A DNA stretch of 32,000 bases, taken from the NCBI GenBank assembly GCA_021498095.1, contig JAIZWK010000001.1, positions 450,001-482,000 of the forward strand. The letters are read 5' to 3'. The notes beneath the pieces are model-generated. The model did no database searches and was not told the DNA's origin. It saw only the letters and a list, made by a program, of their open reading frames with translations. How positions within the stretch are numbered: position 1 is the first letter of the stretch; each line of letters begins with the position of its first letter. The stretch comes from Candidatus Harpocratesius repetitus (lineage in GTDB: Archaea; Asgardarchaeota; Lokiarchaeia; Sigyniarchaeales; Promethearchaeaceae). This document shows positions 18,508 through 26,804 of the stretch, piece by piece. The position numbers and the translations under genes are program-made.

Positions 18508-19803
18508 CTATCGATTTCTTAAAAATAAACTTTTAATGAATGAATTTTCAATTGACTTGAGTAATAAGTCAATTGTTGTTTGGTTATAATTTCCATTATT
18601 TTCTATTAGAAAAAACCATGCAGCATTTATAATTGAGGCAAAATTGACAGGAATAGGTAAAATTTCTCCAGATCGGAATATTTCACTAGGAGGAACATTT
18701 CTCTTGAGAGTATCTTTCAATTCATTAATAGTTTCTTCTTCGAATTGAAAAGATATTTTGTTAGGAAATTCAAAGTCAATTTTATCCTTAATTATTGGAC
18801 TTATTTCTTCAAAAAGATCCCAATATTCAAAATACTCTCTTTCATTTGAAAAAAGTTTAGGTTTTTTAAATATGAAATCTGTATTTTTTATTGCTTGATT
18901 TATTAGTGAGTTAAGATTGGAATTGTTGACGGAATTCATGAAATCTTCTATCCAATTTTTTCTCAATATTCGCATTCTTAACCAATTTGGAGGATGACTC
19001 TCACTTGAATCATCGTTTCCCTTTACTTCAGCCATTACAAAACAAAAAGACAAAAAATAAGGAAATCCAACGATCTTTATGGCTATATAATCCGCGATAA
19101 ATTCTCTGAGCCATTTTTTGAAAATTTGACTATATTTTTCAATAAATCTAGCAAATTCTATTAAATTTGATTTTCCTCTGATTTTCTTTCTTATTTTTTC
19201 AATCATTTTTGTTTTAATTTCATCTATTTTCTCAATATTTTCTGAATATCGATAATAAGAGTCCATAAAATGACCAATTTCATGAAATAATAATGTTAAA
19301 TGAAAAATATCATCCTTAAAATACTTAGGAAGGATTACTAAGAAGTAATTATTTGAAATACCCACATTTTTAAGTAGGTTTCTAAGATTTACTTCATAAT
19401 AATTGAGATCTTCACAAGAATTAATTATAATTCCGATGTTATCAGCTAATTTATTAATAGTATCTTCAATTAAATAGAAAACTGATGGATTAAAATCAGT
19501 TGTAGCAGAGTTTTCTATGAAATTTAAAATAGTTGAAAGATTATTTACAATCTTTATATAAATTAATAGATTTTGATGTCTATCTGAAATATTTTTATTT
19601 TTAATATGAGTTTTTTGTATTTCATGAAATTCTTTATTATATTGTGTTAGTTTTTCTTCTATCTCTATTAAAAGAGAACTGGATGAATTGGGCAAATAAT
19701 GATTATTTCTTAAGAAATTAATACGGTTTGAAAGGTTATTTACAATATTTTCTAGCGATTTTTCTAAAAGCTCTATAAAAAAAAGAGAAATTTTCATAAT
19801 CAT
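18508..19803 (-). CDS. Soluble HExxH zinc-metallopeptidase-like (gluzincin-type) protein
   Basis: LLFHEIGH, downstream REFIAD (third ligand E) and SHPPNWLR (HP..R as in M48-type peptidases); no TM helix or signal peptide; ends 9 nt before dcd. Confidence 0.7.
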   Translation of the reverse strand: MIMKISLFFIELLEKSLENIVNNLSNRINFLRNNHYLPNSSSSLLIEIEEKLTQYNKEFHEIQKTHIKNKNISDRHQNLLIYIKIVNNLSTILNFIENSATTDFNPSVFYLIEDTINKLADNIGIIINSCEDLNYYEVNLRNLLKNVGISNNYFLVILPKYFKDDIFHLTLLFHEIGHFMDSYYRYSENIEKIDEIKTKMIEKIRKKIRGKSNLIEFARFIEKYSQIFKKWLREFIADYIAIKIVGFPYFLSFCFVMAEVKGNDDSSESHPPNWLRMRILRKNWIEDFMNSVNNSNLNSLINQAIKNTDFIFKKPKLFSNEREYFEYWDLFEEISPIIKDKIDFEFPNKISFQFEEETINELKDTLKRNVPPSEIFRSGEILPIPVNFASIINAAWFFLIENNGNYNQTTIDLLLKSIENSFIKSLFLRNR

Positions 19804-20264
19804 AATTCCTTCAAAAACTTGTTATTTTTATTAATTTGCTTTATTTGAAATGCTAACAACTCATTAAAAAATTTTTTAACTTCTTTCAATTCACATGGTT
19901 TGATTTTTTTTTTTTTTTTTGCATTCACAAGACAAGATTTTAATTTAAGAACTTGAGATTCAATTTTTTCTTTGATATCATTACAATTTTTTTTCGGATC
20001 TGAGATCAAATTTAACATAATAATTGCCCTGTCTAGTGATTGAAGAGAATTGTTTGAAAGTAAATTATATGATTCAAAATCATTATCAGTAGTTTTTTTA
20101 ATTATTTCAGCACCCTCTAAAATCTGATCAATGTATTCTATTCCAAACTTAATTATATCTTCAAGTTCTTTATTTTCTATCGTTCTTTCTTCAGAAATTA
20201 ACCAATTTAACTTGTTAATCTGATAAACATCTGAAAATTCTTTATTTGGTACATAATTGTACAT
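19800..20264 (-). CDS. Hypothetical alpha-helical protein, first gene of the HExxH-dcd operon
   Basis: 154-aa ORF with an ATGA overlap into the next gene; contains an A17 run encoding KKKKK. Confidence 0.65.
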   Translation of the reverse strand: MYNYVPNKEFSDVYQINKLNWLISEERTIENKELEDIIKFGIEYIDQILEGAEIIKKTTDNDFESYNLLSNNSLQSLDRAIIMLNLISDPKKNCNDIKEKIESQVLKLKSCLVNAKKKKKIKPCELKEVKKFFNELLAFQIKQINKNNKFLKEL

Positions 20265-20511
20265 ACTCTCACCAAATTTAATACTATTTAAAGTCCTAAT
20301 AATACTTTAGAGCATAATGTATTTAAGTGTATTGCATTCTGGTTGAAATATGATGATTTTTCATAAATATGAAGAGAAAAATGAGTGAGATCATAGATGT
20401 CTACAATTATATTAATTTCTTCCTATCTATGAGGGTTTTTCCCCAATCAATAAGGCAATTAAAACTTCTTTTCATAGTCAAAAAAAAGTATCATACAATT
20501 TCAATTTATAT

Positions 20512-20798
20512 GAGGTTCTAACAACTTCTTTATTTTTGACTGAATTAGAATTTCTATATTTCATTCTTCGACATTAATCAAATTTTTCTTTCAATTATTT
20601 CAGTCGGTAAAAATAAGACTTAGAAAATATAATTACGATTCGATTTTTGATGATTTTTAATTGAAATATTATTGAATTTGATAACAATGTTTCTAAATTT
20701 TTAGTCGACAGATTTCAAATTGGGTGGAATATTGGTAAAAACGTAAACTAAGCAGAATTTTTAATTTTTTATCAATCTATCAAATGTTGATAAAGCTC
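20512..20798 (+). mobile_element. MITE copy B (287 bp, more diverged)
   Basis: Same GAGG...GCTC ends and internal blocks as copy A; flanks ATAT / ACAT (3/4 match). Confidence 0.75.
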
Positions 20799-20929
20799 AC
20801 ATATTAAAATAATTATTTATAATGAAAGAAAGATTAAACTATATTTTTTATTACCTTTATTTATCTATCTTCTATCATTTAATCTTTTAAAGAATTTTTA
20901 AACGAACAAAATACACTTCTGGTTAAGAA

Positions 20930-22096
20930 ATGAACACCATAAATTATTTTAAATCGGTTTTCCTAATGGTACCCAGAGTGAGTTCAGTGAAAGAATTTAA
21001 GCAAAAAATTCAAGAATTACGCGATAGGCTTGATTTTGATAATGGAACTGCCCAAAAAAATAAAACACTGTTGTTGACGCTAAAAGATCTTTGTCAATCC
21101 ACACTAGAAGAGACAAATGATCAAAGCCTTAAAGAATTTATATCCCAAGAATTAAAACGCATTGAGAGAGATATGACAAAAATCAAGGGAATCAGTCATG
21201 ATTTAAAATCAAGCATCCCTGGGAGATCTTCAACGTCATTTGATAATATATTCATACCAAAACGACCCCCAAAGGAGGCACTTACTTCAATTCAAGTAGG
21301 GGGATTCGATCCAAGTAGTTCCCCGATTTTACGAAAACTATCACAAAAATCTGTTTTTGCTTCTAAATCTCTAAAAAATAAAACTTACAAGAAAGTTGAA
21401 CAATCAACAGACAAATTTTCAAATCAATCGGTAATAAAACAAAAGAATAATGATTATGAAGAAGAAATTCAGACAATATCTGAAAAAATTGTACAAGACA
21501 TTGAGCAAACAGATGATCTAACTTCAAATCAATCAATCAATCAAACTAAAAGTCAAACTAAAACTCAATCTACTGAAGACATTTTTGAACAAACTGAAGA
21601 ACAAATTAAAAAACTCCAATCTTCTTTGTCTGAAATTGTCTCTGAACCATTTCCTGATTCATTAAATGAAAAAGATATTAGCGAATCGAAAGAAAAACAA
21701 AAAATGCCATCAGAATCTCCTTATAAATCTGCAAAATTGATAATTTCTCAATTAGGTTTAGAAATTCAATTAAATTTTGATCAGGCAACATATCGAATTG
21801 GTAGAAACCTATTTACAACTATAGAAATTCCTATTGAATTACCTGATAATTTCTTTGAACCTATAATTCCACTTTCAAATGAATCTGAAAAACCTTCAGA
21901 GCATTGTGTGATTGAACAATCTAAAAGGGGAGTTTTTCGTATCAAAGATCAAGCTAATCTTCAAAAAACATACATGAATAATCAATTTCTAACTTCAGAA
22001 GGATTAGATCTCCATGACGGGGATACTTTTATCCTCCCTGTGCTTATCAATGATCAATTAGCATCCCTAAGTATCGAATTTCGAATTTTGGATTAA
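20930..22096 (+). CDS. Protein with N-terminal helical bundle, low-complexity linker and C-terminal FHA-like domain
   Basis: C-terminal YRIGRN...SEHCVIEQ...FRIKD...TYMNNQFL...LHDGDTFIL matches the FHA pattern; the middle is Q/S/T/E-rich. Confidence 0.65.
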   Translation: MNTINYFKSVFLMVPRVSSVKEFKQKIQELRDRLDFDNGTAQKNKTLLLTLKDLCQSTLEETNDQSLKEFISQELKRIERDMTKIKGISHDLKSSIPGRSSTSFDNIFIPKRPPKEALTSIQVGGFDPSSSPILRKLSQKSVFASKSLKNKTYKKVEQSTDKFSNQSVIKQKNNDYEEEIQTISEKIVQDIEQTDDLTSNQSINQTKSQTKTQSTEDIFEQTEEQIKKLQSSLSEIVSEPFPDSLNEKDISESKEKQKMPSESPYKSAKLIISQLGLEIQLNFDQATYRIGRNLFTTIEIPIELPDNFFEPIIPLSNESEKPSEHCVIEQSKRGVFRIKDQANLQKTYMNNQFLTSEGLDLHDGDTFILPVLINDQLASLSIEFRILD

Positions 22097-23119
22097 TTTT
22101 AGTATTTTTTTTCTTTGATGAGAAGTTAAAATCCTTTTTTCATACATTTTTTTTATAGATTCTTCTAAAAGTTGCTTTTCTGTTTTATCTTTTTGAGAAT
22201 TCTTAGCTATTTGGATTGTATCATAGAGAATTGTTATGAGAGAATCAAAACCCAACGTTTTATATCCAGATTCAATCGATGGAGGTGTCCAAGATTCCAT
22301 TATTCTTTCTTTAATTAGATTACGGTATTGCTCATTAAGCTCAAAGCCAATTCCATGCCGATTCAATAAGCGGGTCATTTTTAATGTAGTGCCTGACCCT
22401 AAAAATGGATCTACAACTGTTTCACCCACAATAGTGTGCATTTTTATTAAGCGATATGGAATATCTTCAGGAAAAGGGGCACTATGTCCAAAAAGATTTT
22501 CACCTTTTGGATTAATTTTAATCACGGGAGAAATATCATCCCAAATACACCTAACAGCCCAATGTCGCCATTCTTCTTTTGTTAATAAACTTTGATCCAT
22601 TAGTTCCTTTGACACATTGCGCGTTTTTCCTGCTGTTACAAAGGTAAAAATCTGCTCAAATGATGTATTTGAAGCAATATTGGTTGGACGGGGATAAGAA
22701 CCCCAAGATACAGTGTTAATATATGCAGATTTATCCCAATAATGCATCCCGCTTAAAAAACAGTTGTGAGATCGAAAAAATGCTTCAATATCATGCATAA
22801 TATTCTTTATAATTCTAAAATTAAATCCAGAAAGTGAAGAAGATATAGGTAATGGTTGAACATTTATACAAATCTTTCCATTTGGTTGTAATATTCTTAA
22901 ACACTCACTCCATACTCGATTTAAAGATGCGATATAATCTTGATAACTTTGACCAAAACCTATTTGCTCCCCTCCATAATCCCGTACATTCCAATATGGA
23001 GGAGAAGTGATTACTAATGTTACAGAATTATCAGGGATCATACTCATTTTTTCTGCTGATTGAAAATATACTGTCTGTCCAGCCAACTTTAGAAGATTTG
23101 TTGATGAAGAAGCACACAT
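22067..23119 (-). CDS. Solitary N4-cytosine/N6-adenine DNA methyltransferase (beta class)
   Basis: Catalytic motif IV TSPPY precedes motif I DPFLGSGTT; also HSAPFPEDIPYRLIK and GIGFELN. Confidence 0.9.
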   Translation of the reverse strand: MCASSSTNLLKLAGQTVYFQSAEKMSMIPDNSVTLVITSPPYWNVRDYGGEQIGFGQSYQDYIASLNRVWSECLRILQPNGKICINVQPLPISSSLSGFNFRIIKNIMHDIEAFFRSHNCFLSGMHYWDKSAYINTVSWGSYPRPTNIASNTSFEQIFTFVTAGKTRNVSKELMDQSLLTKEEWRHWAVRCIWDDISPVIKINPKGENLFGHSAPFPEDIPYRLIKMHTIVGETVVDPFLGSGTTLKMTRLLNRHGIGFELNEQYRNLIKERIMESWTPPSIESGYKTLGFDSLITILYDTIQIAKNSQKDKTEKQLLEESIKKMYEKRILTSHQRKKILKLIQNSKFDT

Positions 23120-23235
23120 TATACTTAAGGTAATTAACTCATGAAATCATTTTAATGATTGGTGAATTTGATTGAAATGTTACTTAATCACAATATCGAG
23201 GTAATTAAATAGTTGCCACCATAATTAACAGTAAC

Positions 23236-23952
23236 ATGCATCCAATTCTCATTATTTTTCTATTTTTCCTTCTATGTTTACTTGCAACCCTTATTATTTG
23301 GGTTTTTATCACGTTTCGTCCAATCCCTACCCGAGAAATCTTTTCTAATGGCAAAAATTTGGTAGTTTATGCTTTAAAAGACCGAATGGTTAATAGTTAT
23401 TTGATACAATCCACTAAAGCGACTATTTTAATCGATGCTGGTATAAGCAATACTACTATTGAAGCGATAAAATCGTTAGGAATCTCACCCGCTTCAATTC
23501 AAAAGGTCTTTTTAACCCATTCTGATTATGATCATGTAGGAAGTGTTCAATCTCTTCCGAATGCAAAAATTTATTTAAACAAAAAAGAAATCCCCCTTAT
23601 TACAGGAAAAACTCCAAGATTTGGAAAAAAGAGATTTAACTCAATAACTCGCTCTGATTTTATTGGCATTGAAAATGAAAACCCAATTCAAATTGAAGAT
23701 ATTACTATTAAACCAGTTTTTACTCCAGGTCATACTATCGGTCACACATGTTTTTTGCTTAATGATTGTGTTCTCTTTACAGGTGATACTCTTCGCCTGC
23801 TTCCATCAGGAAAAATTATTCCATTCATTTTGTTTGTAAATATGAACAATGCCCAACAACGAGAATCAATTGCACGTATAAAATCTCTTCTAGCAGAGCA
23901 CCCAATTCAGATCATGGCAACTGGACATAGTGGAATTAGGAAATTTGAATAA
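23236..23952 (+). CDS. Metallo-beta-lactamase-fold hydrolase with N-terminal TM anchor
   Basis: LIDAG, THSDYDH, TPGHTIGH, GDTL, GH; hydrophobic N-terminus. Confidence 0.85.
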   Translation: MHPILIIFLFFLLCLLATLIIWVFITFRPIPTREIFSNGKNLVVYALKDRMVNSYLIQSTKATILIDAGISNTTIEAIKSLGISPASIQKVFLTHSDYDHVGSVQSLPNAKIYLNKKEIPLITGKTPRFGKKRFNSITRSDFIGIENENPIQIEDITIKPVFTPGHTIGHTCFLLNDCVLFTGDTLRLLPSGKIIPFILFVNMNNAQQRESIARIKSLLAEHPIQIMATGHSGIRKFE

Positions 23953-24444
23953 AAATTATTACAACAAAATTCCTTTTTTATTGTATAAAACCATCTTTAG
24001 AATAAAGAATGCTTACCAGATGAAAAAATGGTAAGACTTAGATAATGCTTCTCCATGAATAAGAGTAATATCATCTTTAGCTTTAATTCTATGCTTTTTT
24101 GATGATTTTGAGGAGAGAAATTAGATACTAATTAAATTATTATAAAACTTTTTTTATTACAAAAAATTATCAGAAAAAAAAGAATATTATTTGATTGTGC
24201 TGAATTATTAGCAGATTCACCCAAAATATTATATCTTTTCCTTCTATATTTTAGTTTCCATCGATAATTACCACATATTTGAAAAAAAATCCATATATTG
24301 ATCTGAGATCTCTCAAAAAATCCCCATTTTTTCTTTAGCACGTAAAAACATACTAAGATAGAACATTGACCGAATCCTTTTTGTCGACCAATCTTTCCCC
24401 CAGATCAATCCCATCGCTACAAAATTTTCCCGAAATGACAAACA

Positions 24445-24567
24445 TTTATATATCCATCCATCCATTAATACATTAGTAAGTATTGCGGGAAGGTCATATA
24501 GAACTTGCAGTTAACTGCAGGAACAATACTTCCTCATCACAATACTTCACACGGAGGATTAATCGAT
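24445..24567 (+). promoter_or_regulatory. TATA box and ~90-nt structured 5' leader of the histone pair
   Basis: TTTATATA (24445-24452); 14-bp palindrome at 24506-24519; ACAATACTTC twice (24523-24532, 24539-24548); GGAGG at 24553-24557. Confidence 0.5.
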
Positions 24568-24777
24568 ATGAAAGTATTTGCATGGAGCCCAATTCGTGAA
24601 CTTATGAAAGAAGCGGGCGCAGAAATGGTTTCCAAAGATGCTGTTGATGAACTTATCAGCTATTTGGAAAAATACGCCAAAGCACTAACAACACGTGCTC
24701 TTGAAATGACAAGACATTCTCAAAGGAAAAAACTTACAAAGTCTGACATGGAGATGGCTTTGGAATTAATGGACTAA
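24568..24777 (+). CDS. Archaeal histone (69 aa), copy 1
   Basis: MKVFAWSPIRELMKEAGAEMVSKDAV...ALEMTRHSQRKKLTKSDMEMAL aligns with the HMf histone fold (PI.R..K..GA..VS.DA; R-x6-D). ATG 24568 follows GGAGG, so the TTG 24505 start is not used here. Confidence 0.9.
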   Translation: MKVFAWSPIRELMKEAGAEMVSKDAVDELISYLEKYAKALTTRALEMTRHSQRKKLTKSDMEMALELMD

Positions 24778-24803
24778 AAATCCAAATAAGGAGTGAATGA
24801 AAA

Positions 24804-25013
24804 ATGACCAAAGTATTTGCATGGAGCCCAATTCGTGAACTCATGAAAGAAAGCGGCGCCGAGATGGTATCAAAAGATGCTGTCGATCGTATGATCGAGT
24901 TTTTAGAAGTTGAAGCGAAAAAAATTACGAATAAAGCACTTGAAATGACAAGACACAGTGGGCGTAAGAAACTAATCGCCGATGATATTAAGTTGGCTTT
25001 AGAATTGCTTTAA
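24804..25013 (+). CDS. Archaeal histone (69 aa), copy 2
   Basis: MTKVFAWSPIRELMKESGAEMVSKDAV...TRHSGRKKLIADDIKLAL; GGAGTG upstream. Confidence 0.9.
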   Translation: MTKVFAWSPIRELMKESGAEMVSKDAVDRMIEFLEVEAKKITNKALEMTRHSGRKKLIADDIKLALELL

Positions 25014-25276
25014 AATTTTAAAGAGATTATTTTTATATTTTTTTCACTTTGTTTAAATTAAAAGAACTATTTTCGAAAAAATTATTCTTAGTATCTCTCA
25101 AGTTGAAGTTCTCTTTTTCGAAGAATGAACAGTTATTTTTCGTTTAGATATTATTTTTTACGATTTCTTTAGGTATAACGATTTAGTTTTCTTTAATTTT
25201 GTATACCAACATTATATTACAAAATAATTAAAATTCTTGCTCACGTGAACAATTGCAGTGAATAATTTATACATTC

Positions 25277-25297
25277 AAGCAAATCCATAATTTGCTT
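25277..25297. terminator. Hairpin between the convergent histone and VUT genes
   Basis: AAGCAAAT-ccata-ATTTGCTT, a perfect 8-bp stem. Confidence 0.3.
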
Positions 25298-25436
25298 AAC
25301 TTAGGTTGAAAATGGGAAAAATAAATTTAAAAAAAGGCAAGCATTTCACTCTGATTTGATTCTATATAATGATCTTTTTTACCTTGATTAAATAATCATC
25401 ATTGAGTGCTTTTATTCTATAAAACTTTACAAATAA

Positions 25437-26168
25437 TTAATTGACAGATGAATGTTCACCGAAAAATCTTGATAATTTTGAAGAATTAACAATCCAACGA
25501 TCAAGATAGATAAAAGGCGTATCCATTACTCCAAAAATCCATTTTGTAATAGTTTGTGCTACGATCAATTCCCAAACTAAAAACCAAAGACCTTGAAAGA
25601 GTCCAAAGCCTAAAGTGATGAAAATTGCAGAATCTAGCATCAACATGGGAACATCAGAAAAAATACTACGCACCCAGAGATATTTACCTTTGGTAAGCTT
25701 CTTCACCCACGTGAAAATTACAGCATCTAAATTATTTGTAAGTAAAAAGGTGATCCACGAGGCTGCAACAATCGCGGTTTGTTGCTGGAAAATTGCCAAC
25801 CATGCATCAGGAGAAATCCACCAAGAATCACCCGCAGGAAGTTCGTTTGCAAAATAGATAAACATAACCATTAATATTTGAGTAATAAAAGCAATAAAAA
25901 CCATTTTATGAGTTTCTTTTTGCCCGAAATGTTCATTCATGGTGTCTGTTAGTTGAAATAAAAATGGAAAAGTAAGAACACCTGCAGGAGGTTCCCAAAT
26001 ACCAATTTTCACGATTTTTAAGGCTAAAATTTGACTTAATGCTAAATAAATGACATATACGGCGATAATTCCCTCTGATTTATGAACTTTTCGAATATAA
26101 ATCGACATAAACACAGTAGAAAGTAAAAGTGAGAGAGCCCACACGATCCAAATTCCAACTTGTGCCAT
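25437..26168 (-). CDS. VUT/YhhQ-family queuosine precursor transporter
   Basis: PAGVLTFPFLFQLTDTMNEHFG, AASWITFLLTNNLDAVIF, LWVRSIFSD..MLMLDSAIFI. Confidence 0.85.
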   Translation of the reverse strand: MAQVGIWIVWALSLLLSTVFMSIYIRKVHKSEGIIAVYVIYLALSQILALKIVKIGIWEPPAGVLTFPFLFQLTDTMNEHFGQKETHKMVFIAFITQILMVMFIYFANELPAGDSWWISPDAWLAIFQQQTAIVAASWITFLLTNNLDAVIFTWVKKLTKGKYLWVRSIFSDVPMLMLDSAIFITLGFGLFQGLWFLVWELIVAQTITKWIFGVMDTPFIYLDRWIVNSSKLSRFFGEHSSVN

Positions 26169-26227
26169 AATTCCTCTTAAATTTACAAATTTCTAAAAGA
26201 TTTTATTAGTGGGAAAACATTGGATTT

Positions 26228-26572
26228 TTGACGATGAGCTTTTTTGGTCAAAATCCGGAATGGAAGCAGTGGGCAGATCGCTTTGATGTAACTTTAGATA
26301 AAGTGGTTAAGAATAATAAGGGCTGTTGGTTGACTTTAAATTTAATAATTGATCAACAGACTTGGGAACATGTGGAGAATTTAGGTTTGGATCCGTATTT
26401 TGAAATGACCTTACCACAGTATTTCACAGGAAAAATGTGGGATCGAATTCGCATAAAGGAAATCAAAAAGGTTCCCCGAGAAAATCCAGATGAGGAGATT
26501 TTCCGGTTTGAAATCATCAGAAAATATGATCCGACTAAACCAAATCCCAAAAACTCACCAAATCCCAATTAA
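26228..26572 (+). CDS. Hypothetical protein (start TTG 26228 or ATG 26234)
   Basis: 114-aa ORF with protein-like composition, divergent from the VUT gene; no motif recognised. Confidence 0.55.
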   Translation: MTMSFFGQNPEWKQWADRFDVTLDKVVKNNKGCWLTLNLIIDQQTWEHVENLGLDPYFEMTLPQYFTGKMWDRIRIKEIKKVPRENPDEEIFRFEIIRKYDPTKPNPKNSPNPN

Positions 26573-26804
26573 ATCCTAGTATTTTTATAAAATTACAATA
26601 AGACTCTCAAATTTCCTGTAAATTATCTAAAGACTATTAAATCACCCGAATTCCCCATAAAATCATCAAAGTCACCTATAACACCACTTAAAAACCCGTA
26701 AATGCCCATAAAATCACCAAACACACAAATTTCCATTTCAAATTAATTAATATTAGCAATTTTTAACCAAATATTCAAATGTAAATTAATAAAAAAAGGA
26801 TTAT

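Noticed and set aside
17572-20798. Composite transposon made of inverted MITE copies A and B carrying the dcd cassette
   Set aside because: The outer flanks (TTAT versus ACAT) do not form a TSD, while copy A has its own perfect TSD and copy B a near-perfect one, which favours independent insertions. An older event cannot be excluded.
16942-23119. Restriction-modification pair from the nuclease-like gene and the MTase
   Set aside because: They are 4.6 kb apart with unrelated genes between, and the nuclease is membrane-anchored.
24132-24341. 69-aa intergenic ORF on the minus strand
   Set aside because: Low-complexity K/I/F composition typical of AT-rich noncoding DNA; no homology cue.
24505-24567. 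N-terminal tail on histone copy 1 from the TTG 24505 start
   Set aside because: GGAGG precedes ATG 24568, copy 2 starts at the equivalent position, and the extension overlaps the leader palindrome.
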